64,000 bases of DNA from an uncultured Solirubrobacterales bacterium (lineage in GTDB: Bacteria > Actinomycetota > Thermoleophilia > Solirubrobacterales > 70-9), in contig CAVUGL010000004.1 of NCBI GenBank assembly GCA_963740995.1, forward strand, positions 297,306 to 361,305. Reading direction: 5' to 3'. A program made the translations under genes and the position numbers. Below, in pieces: positions 1-9,077 of this stretch (position 1 is its first letter; every line of letters starts with the position of its first letter). Below the pieces are notes generated by a model. It was given only the letters and a program-made list of their open reading frames with translations, ran no database searches and had not been told where the DNA came from.

Positions 1-601
1 ACAGGGCCCCGACTGTGACGGGCAGAAGCGCGGCGACAACGCCTCTGAAGACGATCAGGGAGAGCAGCAGGAGCAGGGGGAGGGCGTAGAGCTCGATCCG
101 CTGGAGGTCGTCCTGCGTCGTCGTCGTCAGCTCGTCGACCGTGACCGCCGCCCCGCCGACCTTCACGTCGGGATCTCCGGAGAACCGGTCCCGCACCCTC
201 GTGCCGACCTGCGAGATGTCGTTCACCTGCGAGGAGAGGAAGCCGAGCACCAAGGCCGCTTTGCGGTCGTCGGAGAGCAGGCGCCGATCCGATGCGGGGG
301 TGAGCACCCGCCGCACTCCGCTCACCGTTCGCAGCTCCGTCCCGGCACGCTCCGCGGCGGCCCTCGGGTTGCCCGAAGCGGGCTCGACCAGCAGCTCGAC
401 CTCCGGGATCGGCCTCTCGCCCGTCGCATCGCGCAGGCGTTCGTAGGCTCTCGAGCTCTCCGCATGCGGGTCCTGGAAGCCGAACGGCTTCACGTTGTCG
501 AACACGGACCTGCCGCCGAGCGCGCTGGCGACGGCGACCAGCGCTGCCGCCAGCACGAGCACTCTCCTCCTGCGATAAGCGAACTGCCCCAGCTTCCGCA
601 C
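1..601 (-). CDS. MMPL/RND-superfamily membrane transporter, N-terminal part (gene continues past the left edge)
   Basis: Absent from the ORF track because it has no in-window stop. My minus-strand translation from GTG 601..599 gives VRKLGQFAYRRRRVLVLAAALVAVASALGG...DDLQRIELYALPLLLLLSLIVFRGVVAALLPV. That is TM1, a soluble loop and TM2, as in the MMPL at 49883..52609. Confidence 0.6.
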   Translation of the reverse strand, partial: MRKLGQFAYRRRRVLVLAAALVAVASALGGRSVFDNVKPFGFQDPHAESSRAYERLRDATGERPIPEVELLVEPASGNPRAAAERAGTELRTVSGVRRVLTPASDRRLLSDDRKAALVLGFLSSQVNDISQVGTRVRDRFSGDPDVKVGGAAVTVDELTTTTQDDLQRIELYALPLLLLLSLIVFRGVVAALLPVTVGAL

Positions 602-743
602 CTGCCCGATCCTATGCGTGGTTCCGGGAAATTGGCTAGTGGATTGGTTGGCCGTAGGCGAAGCCCGAACCGCGTGGTGGATGTAGTGCGAAGTAGGACG
701 TAGCACTTCTCATTGGCCCAAGATCCACTAGGGTCCTTGACGA

Positions 744-1523
744 ATGGCCGACGAGCTGCGCTACGAGGTGGACGACGGGGTCGCGACGGTGACGCTCAAC
801 CGGCCCGATCAGCGCAATGCGCTGAACGGCGAGCTGCTGGCCGCGCTGGTCGACGCGATGAGGAGCGCACGAGATGACGAGGACGTCCGGGCGGTCGTCC
901 TCACCGGCGCTGGCGAGAAGGTCTTCTGTGCCGGCGCCGACTTGAGTGGCTTCGCGGCCGATGCTCCGCTCGTCGACAAGCACTTCGCCTCCGACCTCTT
1001 CCTCGAGTTCTTCCGACTCATGCCGCGGCTCGGCAAGCCCTCCCTCTGCGCCGCCAACGGTCACGTGCTGGCGGGCGGCATGGGCCTGGCGCTCTCCTGC
1101 GACCTGCTGATCGCCAAGCAGGGGGCGCGCTTCGGCACGCCGGAGATCAACGTGGGCGCCTTCCCCTACATGATCATGTCGATCATCTACCGCAACGTCC
1201 CGCGGAGGAAGGTCAACGAGATGATGCTGCTGGGCGAGCAGATCTCTGCGGACCAGGCCGTCGAGTACGGGCTCGCCAACAAGGTCGTGCCCGCCGGCGA
1301 GTTCGAAGGCGCGGTCGACGACTGGGCCCGGAAGCTCGCTTCCAAGAGCCCGGTGCTGATGCGGCTGGGCCACGACGCGATGTACCGCCAGCAGGACATG
1401 GCGATCGACGATGCGCTCGAGTACCTGCGCTCGCAGCTCTCGCTCACCTTCTCGACCGAGGACATCCAGGAGGGCGTCAAGGCCTTCTTCGAAAAGCGTG
1501 AGCCGGAATGGAAGGGGCGCTGA
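744..1523 (+). CDS. enoyl-CoA hydratase/isomerase (crotonase) family protein
   Basis: 259 aa. VATVTLNRPDQRNALN, VVLTGAGEKVFCAGADL and GGMGLALSCDLLIA are typical crotonase motifs. Confidence 0.9.
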   Translation: MADELRYEVDDGVATVTLNRPDQRNALNGELLAALVDAMRSARDDEDVRAVVLTGAGEKVFCAGADLSGFAADAPLVDKHFASDLFLEFFRLMPRLGKPSLCAANGHVLAGGMGLALSCDLLIAKQGARFGTPEINVGAFPYMIMSIIYRNVPRRKVNEMMLLGEQISADQAVEYGLANKVVPAGEFEGAVDDWARKLASKSPVLMRLGHDAMYRQQDMAIDDALEYLRSQLSLTFSTEDIQEGVKAFFEKREPEWKGR

Positions 1524-3148
1524 TGGCCGCCACCGATGAGACCAGGCATGAGGGCGAGGCTCCGGAGGCGCCCGACACCGTTGAGGGTGGCGAGGAGACT
1601 GGAATGAAGAAGCTCACCGAGGACGTTCACTCTCGGCGTGAGCACGCGAAGCTCGGTGGCGGCGAGGAGAAGATCGCGGTTCAGCACGAGCGGGGCAAGC
1701 TCACTGCGAGGGAGCGGATCGACCTCCTCTGCGACCCGGGCACCTTCGCCGAGATGGGGGTCCACGGCCGGCCCCACTTCTCACAGCGAAACATGGAGGG
1801 CAGAGAGGCGCCGGCCGACGGCGTGATCACCGGCTGGGGTGACGTGGACGGCCGCCGCTGCTGCATCGCCGCCTACGACTTCACGGTGATGGCCGGGTCG
1901 ATGGGGATGACCGGCGAGCTCAAGGTCGGGCGCCTGCGGGAGATGGCGCTCTCGAAGCGGATGCCGTTCATCTGGCTGCTCGATTCCGCGGGTGCTCGCA
2001 TCCAGGAGGCTGCGGGATCCCTGTTCGCGGGCTCGGGTCACCTCTTCCAGGAGGAAGTCGTGATGTCGGGTGTGATCCCCATGGTCGCCGCCATGCTCGG
2101 TCCCTGCGCGGCGGGGACCGCGTACATCCCCGCCCTCTCGGACTTCGTCCCGATGGTCGTGGGCCAGGGCGCCATGGCGCTCGCTGGGCCTCACCTGACC
2201 AAGGCGGTCACCGGCGAGGACATCTCCATGGAGGAGCTCGGCGGGGCCAAGGTCCACTGCCGCAAGTCGGGCGTCGGGGACCTCGAGGTGAAGGACGATG
2301 AGGAGTGCATCCGGGTCGTCAAGGACTACCTCTCCTACTTTCCCGCCAACTGCGAGGAGCGCCCGCCCATCCGCGAGACGAAGGATCCCGAGGACCGGAT
2401 GTCGGAGAAGCTCCTCGACATCGTTCCCGAGTCGGCGAGGCATCCGTACGACATGTACGACGTGATCCGAGAGATCACCGACGACGGCGAGATCTTCGAC
2501 ATCAAGCCGAAGTTCGCGAAGACCATCATCACCTGCCTCGCGCGCTTCGGCGGCCAGCCGGTCGGCATCGTCGCCAACCAGCCGAAGCAGCTCGGCGGCA
2601 TTCTCGAGAACGACTCGGCCGACAAGGCCGCTCGCTTCATCAACCTCTGCGACGCCTTCAACATCCCGCTCGTCTTCCTCCAGGACGTGCCCGGCTTCAT
2701 GGTCGGCTCGAAGGTCGAGCACGCCGGGATCATTCGCCACGGCGCGAAGATGCTCTACGCCGTCTCGCGAGCGACGGTGCCGAAGGTGACGGTCGTCGTC
2801 CGCAAGGCCTACGGCGCCGGCTATTACGTGATGAACGGCAAGGCGTACGAGCCGGATCTGATCGTCGCCTGGCCCTCCGCCGAGATCTCGGTGATGGGCG
2901 CCGAGGGGGCGGTCAATATCATCGGCCGCTCGGCGATCGAGGCCTCGGACGACCCGGAGGCGACCCGCGAGCAGATGCTCCAGGCCGTCCGCAAGCAGAT
3001 CGACCCCTACATCGCCGCCGGCAACGCGTTGATCGACGACGTCATCGACCCGCGCGAGACGCGGCCGACGATCGTCCGCGGCCTGCGGATGGCGGCCAAC
3101 AAGCGCGTCGAGCGTCCCTACAAGAAGCACGGGGTGATGCCGGTATGA
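1508..3148 (+). CDS. acyl-CoA carboxylase beta subunit / carboxyltransferase (PCC/MCC beta-like)
   Basis: 546 aa with a two-domain carboxyltransferase signature (QHERGKLTARERIDLL, GSMG, VVRKAYGAGYYVM). Overlaps the crotonase stop. The true start could be 1508, 1523 or 1604. Confidence 0.88.
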   Translation: MEGALMAATDETRHEGEAPEAPDTVEGGEETGMKKLTEDVHSRREHAKLGGGEEKIAVQHERGKLTARERIDLLCDPGTFAEMGVHGRPHFSQRNMEGREAPADGVITGWGDVDGRRCCIAAYDFTVMAGSMGMTGELKVGRLREMALSKRMPFIWLLDSAGARIQEAAGSLFAGSGHLFQEEVVMSGVIPMVAAMLGPCAAGTAYIPALSDFVPMVVGQGAMALAGPHLTKAVTGEDISMEELGGAKVHCRKSGVGDLEVKDDEECIRVVKDYLSYFPANCEERPPIRETKDPEDRMSEKLLDIVPESARHPYDMYDVIREITDDGEIFDIKPKFAKTIITCLARFGGQPVGIVANQPKQLGGILENDSADKAARFINLCDAFNIPLVFLQDVPGFMVGSKVEHAGIIRHGAKMLYAVSRATVPKVTVVVRKAYGAGYYVMNGKAYEPDLIVAWPSAEISVMGAEGAVNIIGRSAIEASDDPEATREQMLQAVRKQIDPYIAAGNALIDDVIDPRETRPTIVRGLRMAANKRVERPYKKHGVMPV

Positions 3149-3185
3149 GTGAGAGCGTGGGGTCCATCGAGGAACGAGGTCCCAG

Positions 3186-3617
3186 ATGACCGAGAACCCC
3201 ACGGACACAAGCCCGGGCAACCTCGAGGTGGCCAGACGCGGATATCAGGGATGGGCGGCCGGCGATATCTCAGCGATGCTTGAAGTCAGCACCTCGGACG
3301 TCGAATTCGTCCCGGCGATCGCCGGCGGCGTCGAGGGGGGCTCCACCAAGGGGCACGACGAGTTCCGACGGTTCTTCGACGCCCTCGGGGAGACCTGGGA
3401 GACCTTCCGGCTCCAGGTGGACGAATTCCATGAGGTGGGCGACCGAGTGATTGGGATCGGCCGGCTGACGGCCAAAGGTCGGGGCAGCGAGCTCGAGCTC
3501 GACCAACCGATCTACTCGGTCCTCTGGTTCCGCGATGGCAAGGTGGCGCGGATGAAGAGCTTCCTGGACCGAGAGGCAGCGGAAGCCGCGGCCTCCGGGG
3601 AGGAGGTCACCCGATGA
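3186..3617 (+). CDS. SnoaL-like / NTF2-fold protein (COG3631 type)
   Basis: 143 aa. The N-terminus ARRGYQGWAAGDISAML and the core GDRVIGIGRLTAKGRGSELELDQPIYSVLWFRDGKVARM fit the family. Confidence 0.7.
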   Translation: MTENPTDTSPGNLEVARRGYQGWAAGDISAMLEVSTSDVEFVPAIAGGVEGGSTKGHDEFRRFFDALGETWETFRLQVDEFHEVGDRVIGIGRLTAKGRGSELELDQPIYSVLWFRDGKVARMKSFLDREAAEAAASGEEVTR

Positions 3618-4507
3618 GCCGCTTCGAGGACCCGGTGATCATCAGCAACTCGATCTCCGGCGCGATCGCCAACCGCGACCAGTGCCCCGCGATCCCCTAC
3701 ACGCCCGAGGAGTACGCGGCCGAGGCTCGCCGGGCGGTCGACGAGGGCGCCTCGCAGATCCACATCCACGCCCGCACACCGGACGGCACTCCCTCGTATG
3801 AGATCGAGGACTTCCGAGCGATCACGGAGGCAATCCGGGCCGAGGTCGACGACGTGATCATCAACTACTCGACCGGCGCGATCGGGGTGCCGATCGAGAA
3901 GCGCCTGGAATATCTGCGCGCCCTCCGGCCCGACGTCGCCGCTCTGAATATGAGCTCCATGAATTACGCCAAGTACTCCCGGCGCCGCAAGGACTTCGTC
4001 TTCAAGGCGGTCTTCGAGAACAGCTTCGACACGATCACCGCGTTCCTGACCGAGATGAACGAGCTCGGGATCCAGCCCGAGCATGAGTGCTTCGACGCCG
4101 GTCATGTCGCCAACCTGGACCCCTTCCTCGATATGGGGACGTTGACCCCGCCGCTGCAGATCTCGCTGGTGATGGGCGTCAACGGCGGAATCAGACCCAA
4201 TGCCCGCAACGTCGCCTTCATGTCGGAGCAGATCCCCGGCGGAGCCGACGGCCCCAACAACTGGCAGGTGATCGGCGTCTCGCGGGACCAGTGGAAGCTG
4301 CTCGCCGCCTCTCTCAACCTCGGTGGCAACGTCCGCGCCGGGCTCGAGGACAACCTCTATCTGCCCAACGGCGAGATGGCGAAGTCGAACGGCGAGCTGA
4401 TCGCCAAGGCGCGGCAGATGGCGGAGGACGTCGGCCGTCGCCCCGCCACGGTCGCCGAGGCTCGCGAGCTGCTCGGCGTCCCCAAGCGAGAGAAGGCCAG
4501 GGCGTGA
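3614..4507 (+). CDS. beta-keto acid cleavage enzyme (BKACE, DUF849; 3-keto-5-aminohexanoate cleavage enzyme family)
   Basis: 297 aa with IHIHARTPDG, GGNVRAGLEDNLYLPNGEMAKSNGELI and ATVAEARELLGVP. The start overlaps the previous stop (ATGA). Confidence 0.85.
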   Translation: MSRFEDPVIISNSISGAIANRDQCPAIPYTPEEYAAEARRAVDEGASQIHIHARTPDGTPSYEIEDFRAITEAIRAEVDDVIINYSTGAIGVPIEKRLEYLRALRPDVAALNMSSMNYAKYSRRRKDFVFKAVFENSFDTITAFLTEMNELGIQPEHECFDAGHVANLDPFLDMGTLTPPLQISLVMGVNGGIRPNARNVAFMSEQIPGGADGPNNWQVIGVSRDQWKLLAASLNLGGNVRAGLEDNLYLPNGEMAKSNGELIAKARQMAEDVGRRPATVAEARELLGVPKREKARA

Positions 4508-5739
4508 GCCGTCCGCTCGAGGACGTCAAGATCCTCGATCTGACTCGCCTGCTGCCCGGTGGCTTCTGCACGCTGCTGCTTGCGGATCTGGGCGCCGACG
4601 TGATCAAGGTCGAGGACACCGGCCAGGGCGACTACGTTCGCTGGGCGCCGCCCTACTACGGCTCCGAGGAGCACACACCGCTCGGCACACGGTCGGCGAT
4701 CTACCTCGCCCTGAACCGCAACAAGCGCTCCGTTCGCCTCGACTTGAAGCAGGAGGGCGGCCGCCAGGCCCTGATCAAGCTCGCGGAGTCGGCGGACGTC
4801 CTGGTCGAGAGCTTCCGACCGGGCGTCCTCGACAAGCTCGGGGTCGGATTCGACGTGCTGCGCCAGGCGAACCCGGCCCTCGTCTACTGCCCGATCACCG
4901 GCTACGGCCAGGACGGGCCGAACCGCGACCGGGCCGGCCACGACATGAACTACCTCGGTCTGAACGGAATCCTCGGGCTCACAGGGGAGGCCGGCGGACC
5001 CCCGATCCAGTCGGGGGCGCAGATCGCGGATCTGGGCGGCGGCGGCTTGATGGCAGCGGTTGGGATCCTGGCGGCGCTGCAGGAGGCGCGCCGCAGCGGT
5101 CAGGGCCAGATGGTCGACATCTCGATGACGGACGGCTCGCTCTCATGGCTCGTCATGGAAGCGGCCCGCTACTTCGGCTCCGGCGAGGTCCCGGAGCGCG
5201 GCGACATCATGCTCTCGGGCGGAATCATCTGCTACCGGCCTTATGAAGCATCCGACGGCTGGGTGACATGCGGGGCTCTCGAGCCGAAGTTCTGGCAGCG
5301 GTTCTGCAAGGGGGTCGGCCGTGAGGACCTGATCGAGAAGCAATTCGAGAAGCCCGGCTCGGATGCCCACCGCCAGGTCGCGGAGATCTTCAAGACCAGG
5401 ACCCGATCCGAGTGGAAGGCCTTCAACGACGAGCACGACGCGATGATCGAGCCGATCCTCGACCTCGATGAGGCGCTCACCTCCGAGCTCGCCAGAGAGC
5501 GCGAGATGACGGTGACCTACGAGCAGCCGCTGATGGGCGAGATCAAGCAGCTCGGCTTCCCCATCAAGCTCTCGAGGACGCCGGCGAGCATCGAGCGCCC
5601 GGCGCCGGCGCTCGGCGAGCACACCGCCGAGGTCCTGGGTGACGCCGGCTATTCGGCCGAGGAGATCCAGGCACTCGAGGAATCCGGCGCCGCGAAGGGC
5701 CCGGATGCGGCTCAGCGCGAGGAGCCGTTCCTGGCATGA
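4504..5739 (+). CDS. family III CoA-transferase (CaiB/BaiF/AMACR-like)
   Basis: The track ORF 4087..5739 is over-extended. GTG at 4504 gives VSRPLEDVKILDLTRLLPGGFCTLLLADLGADVIKVED, the family N-terminus. GTGA overlap with the BKACE stop. Confidence 0.85.
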   Translation: MSRPLEDVKILDLTRLLPGGFCTLLLADLGADVIKVEDTGQGDYVRWAPPYYGSEEHTPLGTRSAIYLALNRNKRSVRLDLKQEGGRQALIKLAESADVLVESFRPGVLDKLGVGFDVLRQANPALVYCPITGYGQDGPNRDRAGHDMNYLGLNGILGLTGEAGGPPIQSGAQIADLGGGGLMAAVGILAALQEARRSGQGQMVDISMTDGSLSWLVMEAARYFGSGEVPERGDIMLSGGIICYRPYEASDGWVTCGALEPKFWQRFCKGVGREDLIEKQFEKPGSDAHRQVAEIFKTRTRSEWKAFNDEHDAMIEPILDLDEALTSELAREREMTVTYEQPLMGEIKQLGFPIKLSRTPASIERPAPALGEHTAEVLGDAGYSAEEIQALEESGAAKGPDAAQREEPFLA

Positions 5740-6503
5740 GTGCTGCGGACGCGAGGGCGCGCGACGGCGCGACGCAGGAGAACGAGGAGATGCTGCGCAT
5801 GGGCGAACTGGCCCGTGCGTCCGGCGTCTCCGCCGCGACGATCAAGCACTACCTGCGGGAGGGCCTCCTGCCGGAACCGGTCAAGACCTCACGCAACATG
5901 GCCTACTACCCGGCTGAGTTCGTCGACCGGATCAAGATGATCAAGCAGCTCCAGGAGGAGCGCTACATGCCGCTCCGGGTGATCAAAGACCTGCTCGAGG
6001 AGGACCCGGATCGCGCCAAGGCATTGATCGAGCTCGGGGATCGGCTGCTCGAGCACGCGCTCGCGACGGAGAGCGAGCGGGTCAGCGCCACCGAGGTCCG
6101 CCACCGCTACGACATTCCGAAGGACGTGCTCGACCGGCTCGCGGAGCTGGAGGTGCTGACACCCGACAAGAAGGGCTATTCGCCCAGCGACGTCCGGATC
6201 GTCGAGGCGATCAGCCGCTTCCGCGCCGGCGGCTATGAGGAGCGAATCGGCTTCACGGTCTACGACACGCTCCGCTACAAGGACGCGATGGCGGCGCTGG
6301 TGAAGCAGGAGGTCGACGTCCTGATGGAGCGGTTGGCCGGCGAGATGGACGCCGACGAGGCGATGACGCTGATCGAGGCCGGCACCCAGCCGCTAAACGA
6401 TCTGCTCGCGGCCATGCACACCAAGGCGCTGGTGGCGGAGCTCGAGCGGCGGCGCGGCTCCGAGCAGGACTCGAACGGCAAGAAGGCCGGCCGCGCCGGC
6501 TAG
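5736..6503 (+). CDS. MerR-family transcriptional regulator
   Basis: HTH MGELARASGVSAATIKHYLREGLLPEP. ATGA overlap with the CoA-transferase stop. The start could instead be 5790 or 5799. Confidence 0.8.
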   Translation: MSAADARARDGATQENEEMLRMGELARASGVSAATIKHYLREGLLPEPVKTSRNMAYYPAEFVDRIKMIKQLQEERYMPLRVIKDLLEEDPDRAKALIELGDRLLEHALATESERVSATEVRHRYDIPKDVLDRLAELEVLTPDKKGYSPSDVRIVEAISRFRAGGYEERIGFTVYDTLRYKDAMAALVKQEVDVLMERLAGEMDADEAMTLIEAGTQPLNDLLAAMHTKALVAELERRRGSEQDSNGKKAGRAG

Positions 6504-6509
6504 CGCCCG

Positions 6510-7136
6510 ATGGCGACGCTCGCGGCCTGGATGCTGGCCGGCTTCGCCGTCCTGACCCTCGCGGTGCGGGTGATGATCCAGCTGATCCGCACGGGCCGAA
6601 CCGGCCTGGTCGGCTTCCGCCGCGGGGCAGGGCCCGTCGACTGGCTGAGCGGGATCCTTTTCGTCGGCGGGATGGCCATGAGCGTGGTGTCCCTGGTCCT
6701 GGTCCTGCAGGACTCGTTGGAACCAATCGACGCACTGGACACGGACGCCGTCCACGTCGTCGGCATCGTCCTGGCGGCGAGCGGCGGCCTCACCGTGTTC
6801 GCAGCTCAGCTGGGCATGGGGGCGTCCTGGCGCATCGGGGTGAGTGACGACCAGGACACGGCCCTGGTCACGAGGGGCTGGTTCTCGATCGTTCGCAACC
6901 CGATCTACACGGCGATGATCGTCGGCTGGACCGGGTTTGCGCTGATAGTCCCGACGTGGCTGGCGTTTGCGGCCGTCCTGGTGATCGCCGTGGGCCTCGA
7001 GCTGCAGGTCCGGGCCGTGGAGGAGCCGTATCTGGTCCGCACACACGGCGACGGGTACCGCGTCTACGCCTCACGGGTAGGCCGCTTCGTCCCGGGCGTC
7101 GGGCGATTCAGCCCTCCAGCAAGCCCATCGCGTTGA
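6510..7136 (+). CDS. isoprenylcysteine carboxyl methyltransferase (ICMT/PEMT-like) family membrane protein
   Basis: 208 aa with multiple TM segments and the motif WFSIVRNPIYTAMIVGWTGFALI. Confidence 0.7.
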   Translation: MATLAAWMLAGFAVLTLAVRVMIQLIRTGRTGLVGFRRGAGPVDWLSGILFVGGMAMSVVSLVLVLQDSLEPIDALDTDAVHVVGIVLAASGGLTVFAAQLGMGASWRIGVSDDQDTALVTRGWFSIVRNPIYTAMIVGWTGFALIVPTWLAFAAVLVIAVGLELQVRAVEEPYLVRTHGDGYRVYASRVGRFVPGVGRFSPPASPSR

Positions 7137-8082
7137 GCGTCTGCCGGACGCCCTCCTCGAGCGGGGTCAACTCCCAGCCGAGCTCACGCTGGGCCTTGGA
7201 GGAGTCCGGTCGGGCCTGCCAGAGGATGTAGGTGAGCTGCCCTTTCGGCAGCAGCGGAGGGCGCCGGATCACGCGCGAAACGCCGGCGCCGAGGGCCGCG
7301 ACGGCCTTGGCGACGGGGACGGGCATGGTCGGCGGGACCCTGCCGCGCCCGGCGACCTCCTTGACCGTCTTGGCGATCTCTCGGAAGGTCGCATAGCCGT
7401 CGGCGAGGATGTAGCGCTCGCCGTCCTTCCCCTTCTCGGCGGCGAGCAGATGCCCGGCCGCGACGCCCTCGACGAACGCGTATCCGGTCCCGCCCGGTGG
7501 AACCGCGGGCAGGCGCTTCCGCACGACGGGCTCGAAGATCTCGTTCTCGAAAGATGGGGTGGGAGAGGGTGTGGGCCCGTACACGCCGGAGGGATTGAGG
7601 ACCACGATCTCCATTCCGTCGCGCTCGGCCAGCACCAATTCCTCGGCGTGCTGCTTGGAGCGCTCGTACGCAGTTCCCTTCGGATAGTCGGCCAGCATGG
7701 TCTCGTCGAAACGCTCTCCCGTCTCGGCGTGGAAGACGTCATGAGTCGAGGTGTGGATGAACCTGCTCACGCCCGCCCGCTTCGCGGCGATCGCGACCTG
7801 CTGGCTGCCGACCGCATTGACCCGGTCGAAGATCCCCTCGTCGCGCACCCACTGCTCCGGCATCCCCATCGCGTTGAAGACGAGCTCGCACCCCTCGACC
7901 GCGGCGGCCAGGCTGTCGGGATCGGTGACGTCGCCCCGAATCGGCTCGATTCCGGCGGGGAGGATGCTGGCCGCACGCTTCGGATCCCGGACCAGCGCCC
8001 GGACCCCGTCTCCCCTATCGAGGAGGGCGGAGGCGATCGCATGACCGACCTTCCCCGTAGCCCCGGTGACCAGAGCCTTCAT
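7108..8082 (-). CDS. NAD-dependent epimerase/dehydratase (extended SDR)
   Basis: 324 aa with MKALVTGATGKVGHAI Rossmann N-terminus. Its 3' end overlaps 6510..7136 convergently by 29 bp. Confidence 0.85.
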   Translation of the reverse strand: MKALVTGATGKVGHAIASALLDRGDGVRALVRDPKRAASILPAGIEPIRGDVTDPDSLAAAVEGCELVFNAMGMPEQWVRDEGIFDRVNAVGSQQVAIAAKRAGVSRFIHTSTHDVFHAETGERFDETMLADYPKGTAYERSKQHAEELVLAERDGMEIVVLNPSGVYGPTPSPTPSFENEIFEPVVRKRLPAVPPGGTGYAFVEGVAAGHLLAAEKGKDGERYILADGYATFREIAKTVKEVAGRGRVPPTMPVPVAKAVAALGAGVSRVIRRPPLLPKGQLTYILWQARPDSSKAQRELGWELTPLEEGVRQTLNAMGLLEG

Positions 8083-8136
8083 CAGGCCATCCTATGCGGG
8101 CGCCGGGCGCCGTTTCCCGGCGGTGTACCCGCTAGA

Positions 8137-8152
8137 TTGACTGGTCAGTCAA
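8137..8152. promoter_or_regulatory. palindromic operator candidate TTGACTG-GT-CAGTCAA
   Basis: A 7-2-7 inverted repeat read directly from the sequence. It lies 47 bp upstream of the nitrilase-TetR operon start. Confidence 0.45.
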
Positions 8153-8198
8153 CCGAACCCGGACCGCGCCGCGGAAGCCGGGCCGCGCCCGGGGAGAT

Positions 8199-9077
8199 AT
8201 GCGCGCCGCCGCAGTACAGCTCAACTCCACCGATGAATATGACCGCAACCTGGAGGTTGCCGAGCGCCTGGTTCGCGGCGCCGCGGCCGACGGGGCCGAG
8301 CTGGTCGTCCTGCCCGAGAAGTGGACGGTGCTCGGGTCGCCCGAGGCGATCCGCTCCTGCGCCGAGCCGCTCGACGGACCGGCGCTGAGCGCGGCCGCCG
8401 GGTGGGCGCGCGAGCTGGGGATCCACCTGGTCGCGGGCAGCTTTCCCGAGGTCGTCCCGGAATGGGAGCGCCTCGGGAACACCTCCGTCATGTTCGGGCC
8501 CGACGGGGAACAGCGAGCGATCTACCGCAAGATCCACATGTTCGACGTCGAGGTCGGCGGCGTCTCGTACCGGGAGTCCGAGGTCGAGCAGGCCGGAGAT
8601 GCGATCGCGCTCGGCGAGGTCGCTGGGACGCCGGTCGGGCTGACCATCTGTTACGACCTCCGTTTTCCCGAGCTCTACCGGATCCTCGCCCTGCGGGGCG
8701 CCCGCGTGATCACTGTTCCCTCCGCCTTCACCGAGCGCACAGGGCGCGATCACTGGGAGGTCCTGATCCGCGCCCGCGCCATCGAGGACCAGGTCTTCAT
8801 GGTCGCGGCGGGTCAGGTCGGGTTCGCGCCCCCTCACTATCGAAGCTTTGGGCGCTCGATGATCGTCGACCCTTGGGGTGTGGTTCTGACCCAGGCCGCC
8901 GACACTGAGTGCTTCGTCTCCGCCGACCTCGACTTCGCGATCCAGAACGAGATGCGAGACAGCCTGCCATCGCTGCGCCACCGCCGTCCCGAGGCCTACC
9001 GCTGGCCCGACGACGGCGAGTCGAACGGAGTGCAGGCGTCGTCCACCGAGCCCGCCGCCACCACGGGAGCGCCCTGA
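8199..9077 (+). CDS. carbon-nitrogen hydrolase (nitrilase superfamily)
   Basis: 292 aa with MRAAAVQLNS, VVLPEKW and ICYDLRFPE, matching the Glu-Lys-Cys triad context. Confidence 0.88.
   Translation: MRAAAVQLNSTDEYDRNLEVAERLVRGAAADGAELVVLPEKWTVLGSPEAIRSCAEPLDGPALSAAAGWARELGIHLVAGSFPEVVPEWERLGNTSVMFGPDGEQRAIYRKIHMFDVEVGGVSYRESEVEQAGDAIALGEVAGTPVGLTICYDLRFPELYRILALRGARVITVPSAFTERTGRDHWEVLIRARAIEDQVFMVAAGQVGFAPPHYRSFGRSMIVDPWGVVLTQAADTECFVSADLDFAIQNEMRDSLPSLRHRRPEAYRWPDDGESNGVQASSTEPAATTGAP

Noticed and set aside
636-1373. 245-aa minus-strand ORF opposite the crotonase gene. The same kind of long antisense or out-of-frame ORF occurs at 1781..3220, 8996..11086, 28360..31242, 40774..42063, 48295..49368 and 51503..52750, among many others.
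   Set aside because: These are typical GC-rich shadow ORFs. They are Arg/Ala/Gly/Pro-rich with no family motifs, and each lies opposite or overlapping an ORF with clear family signatures.
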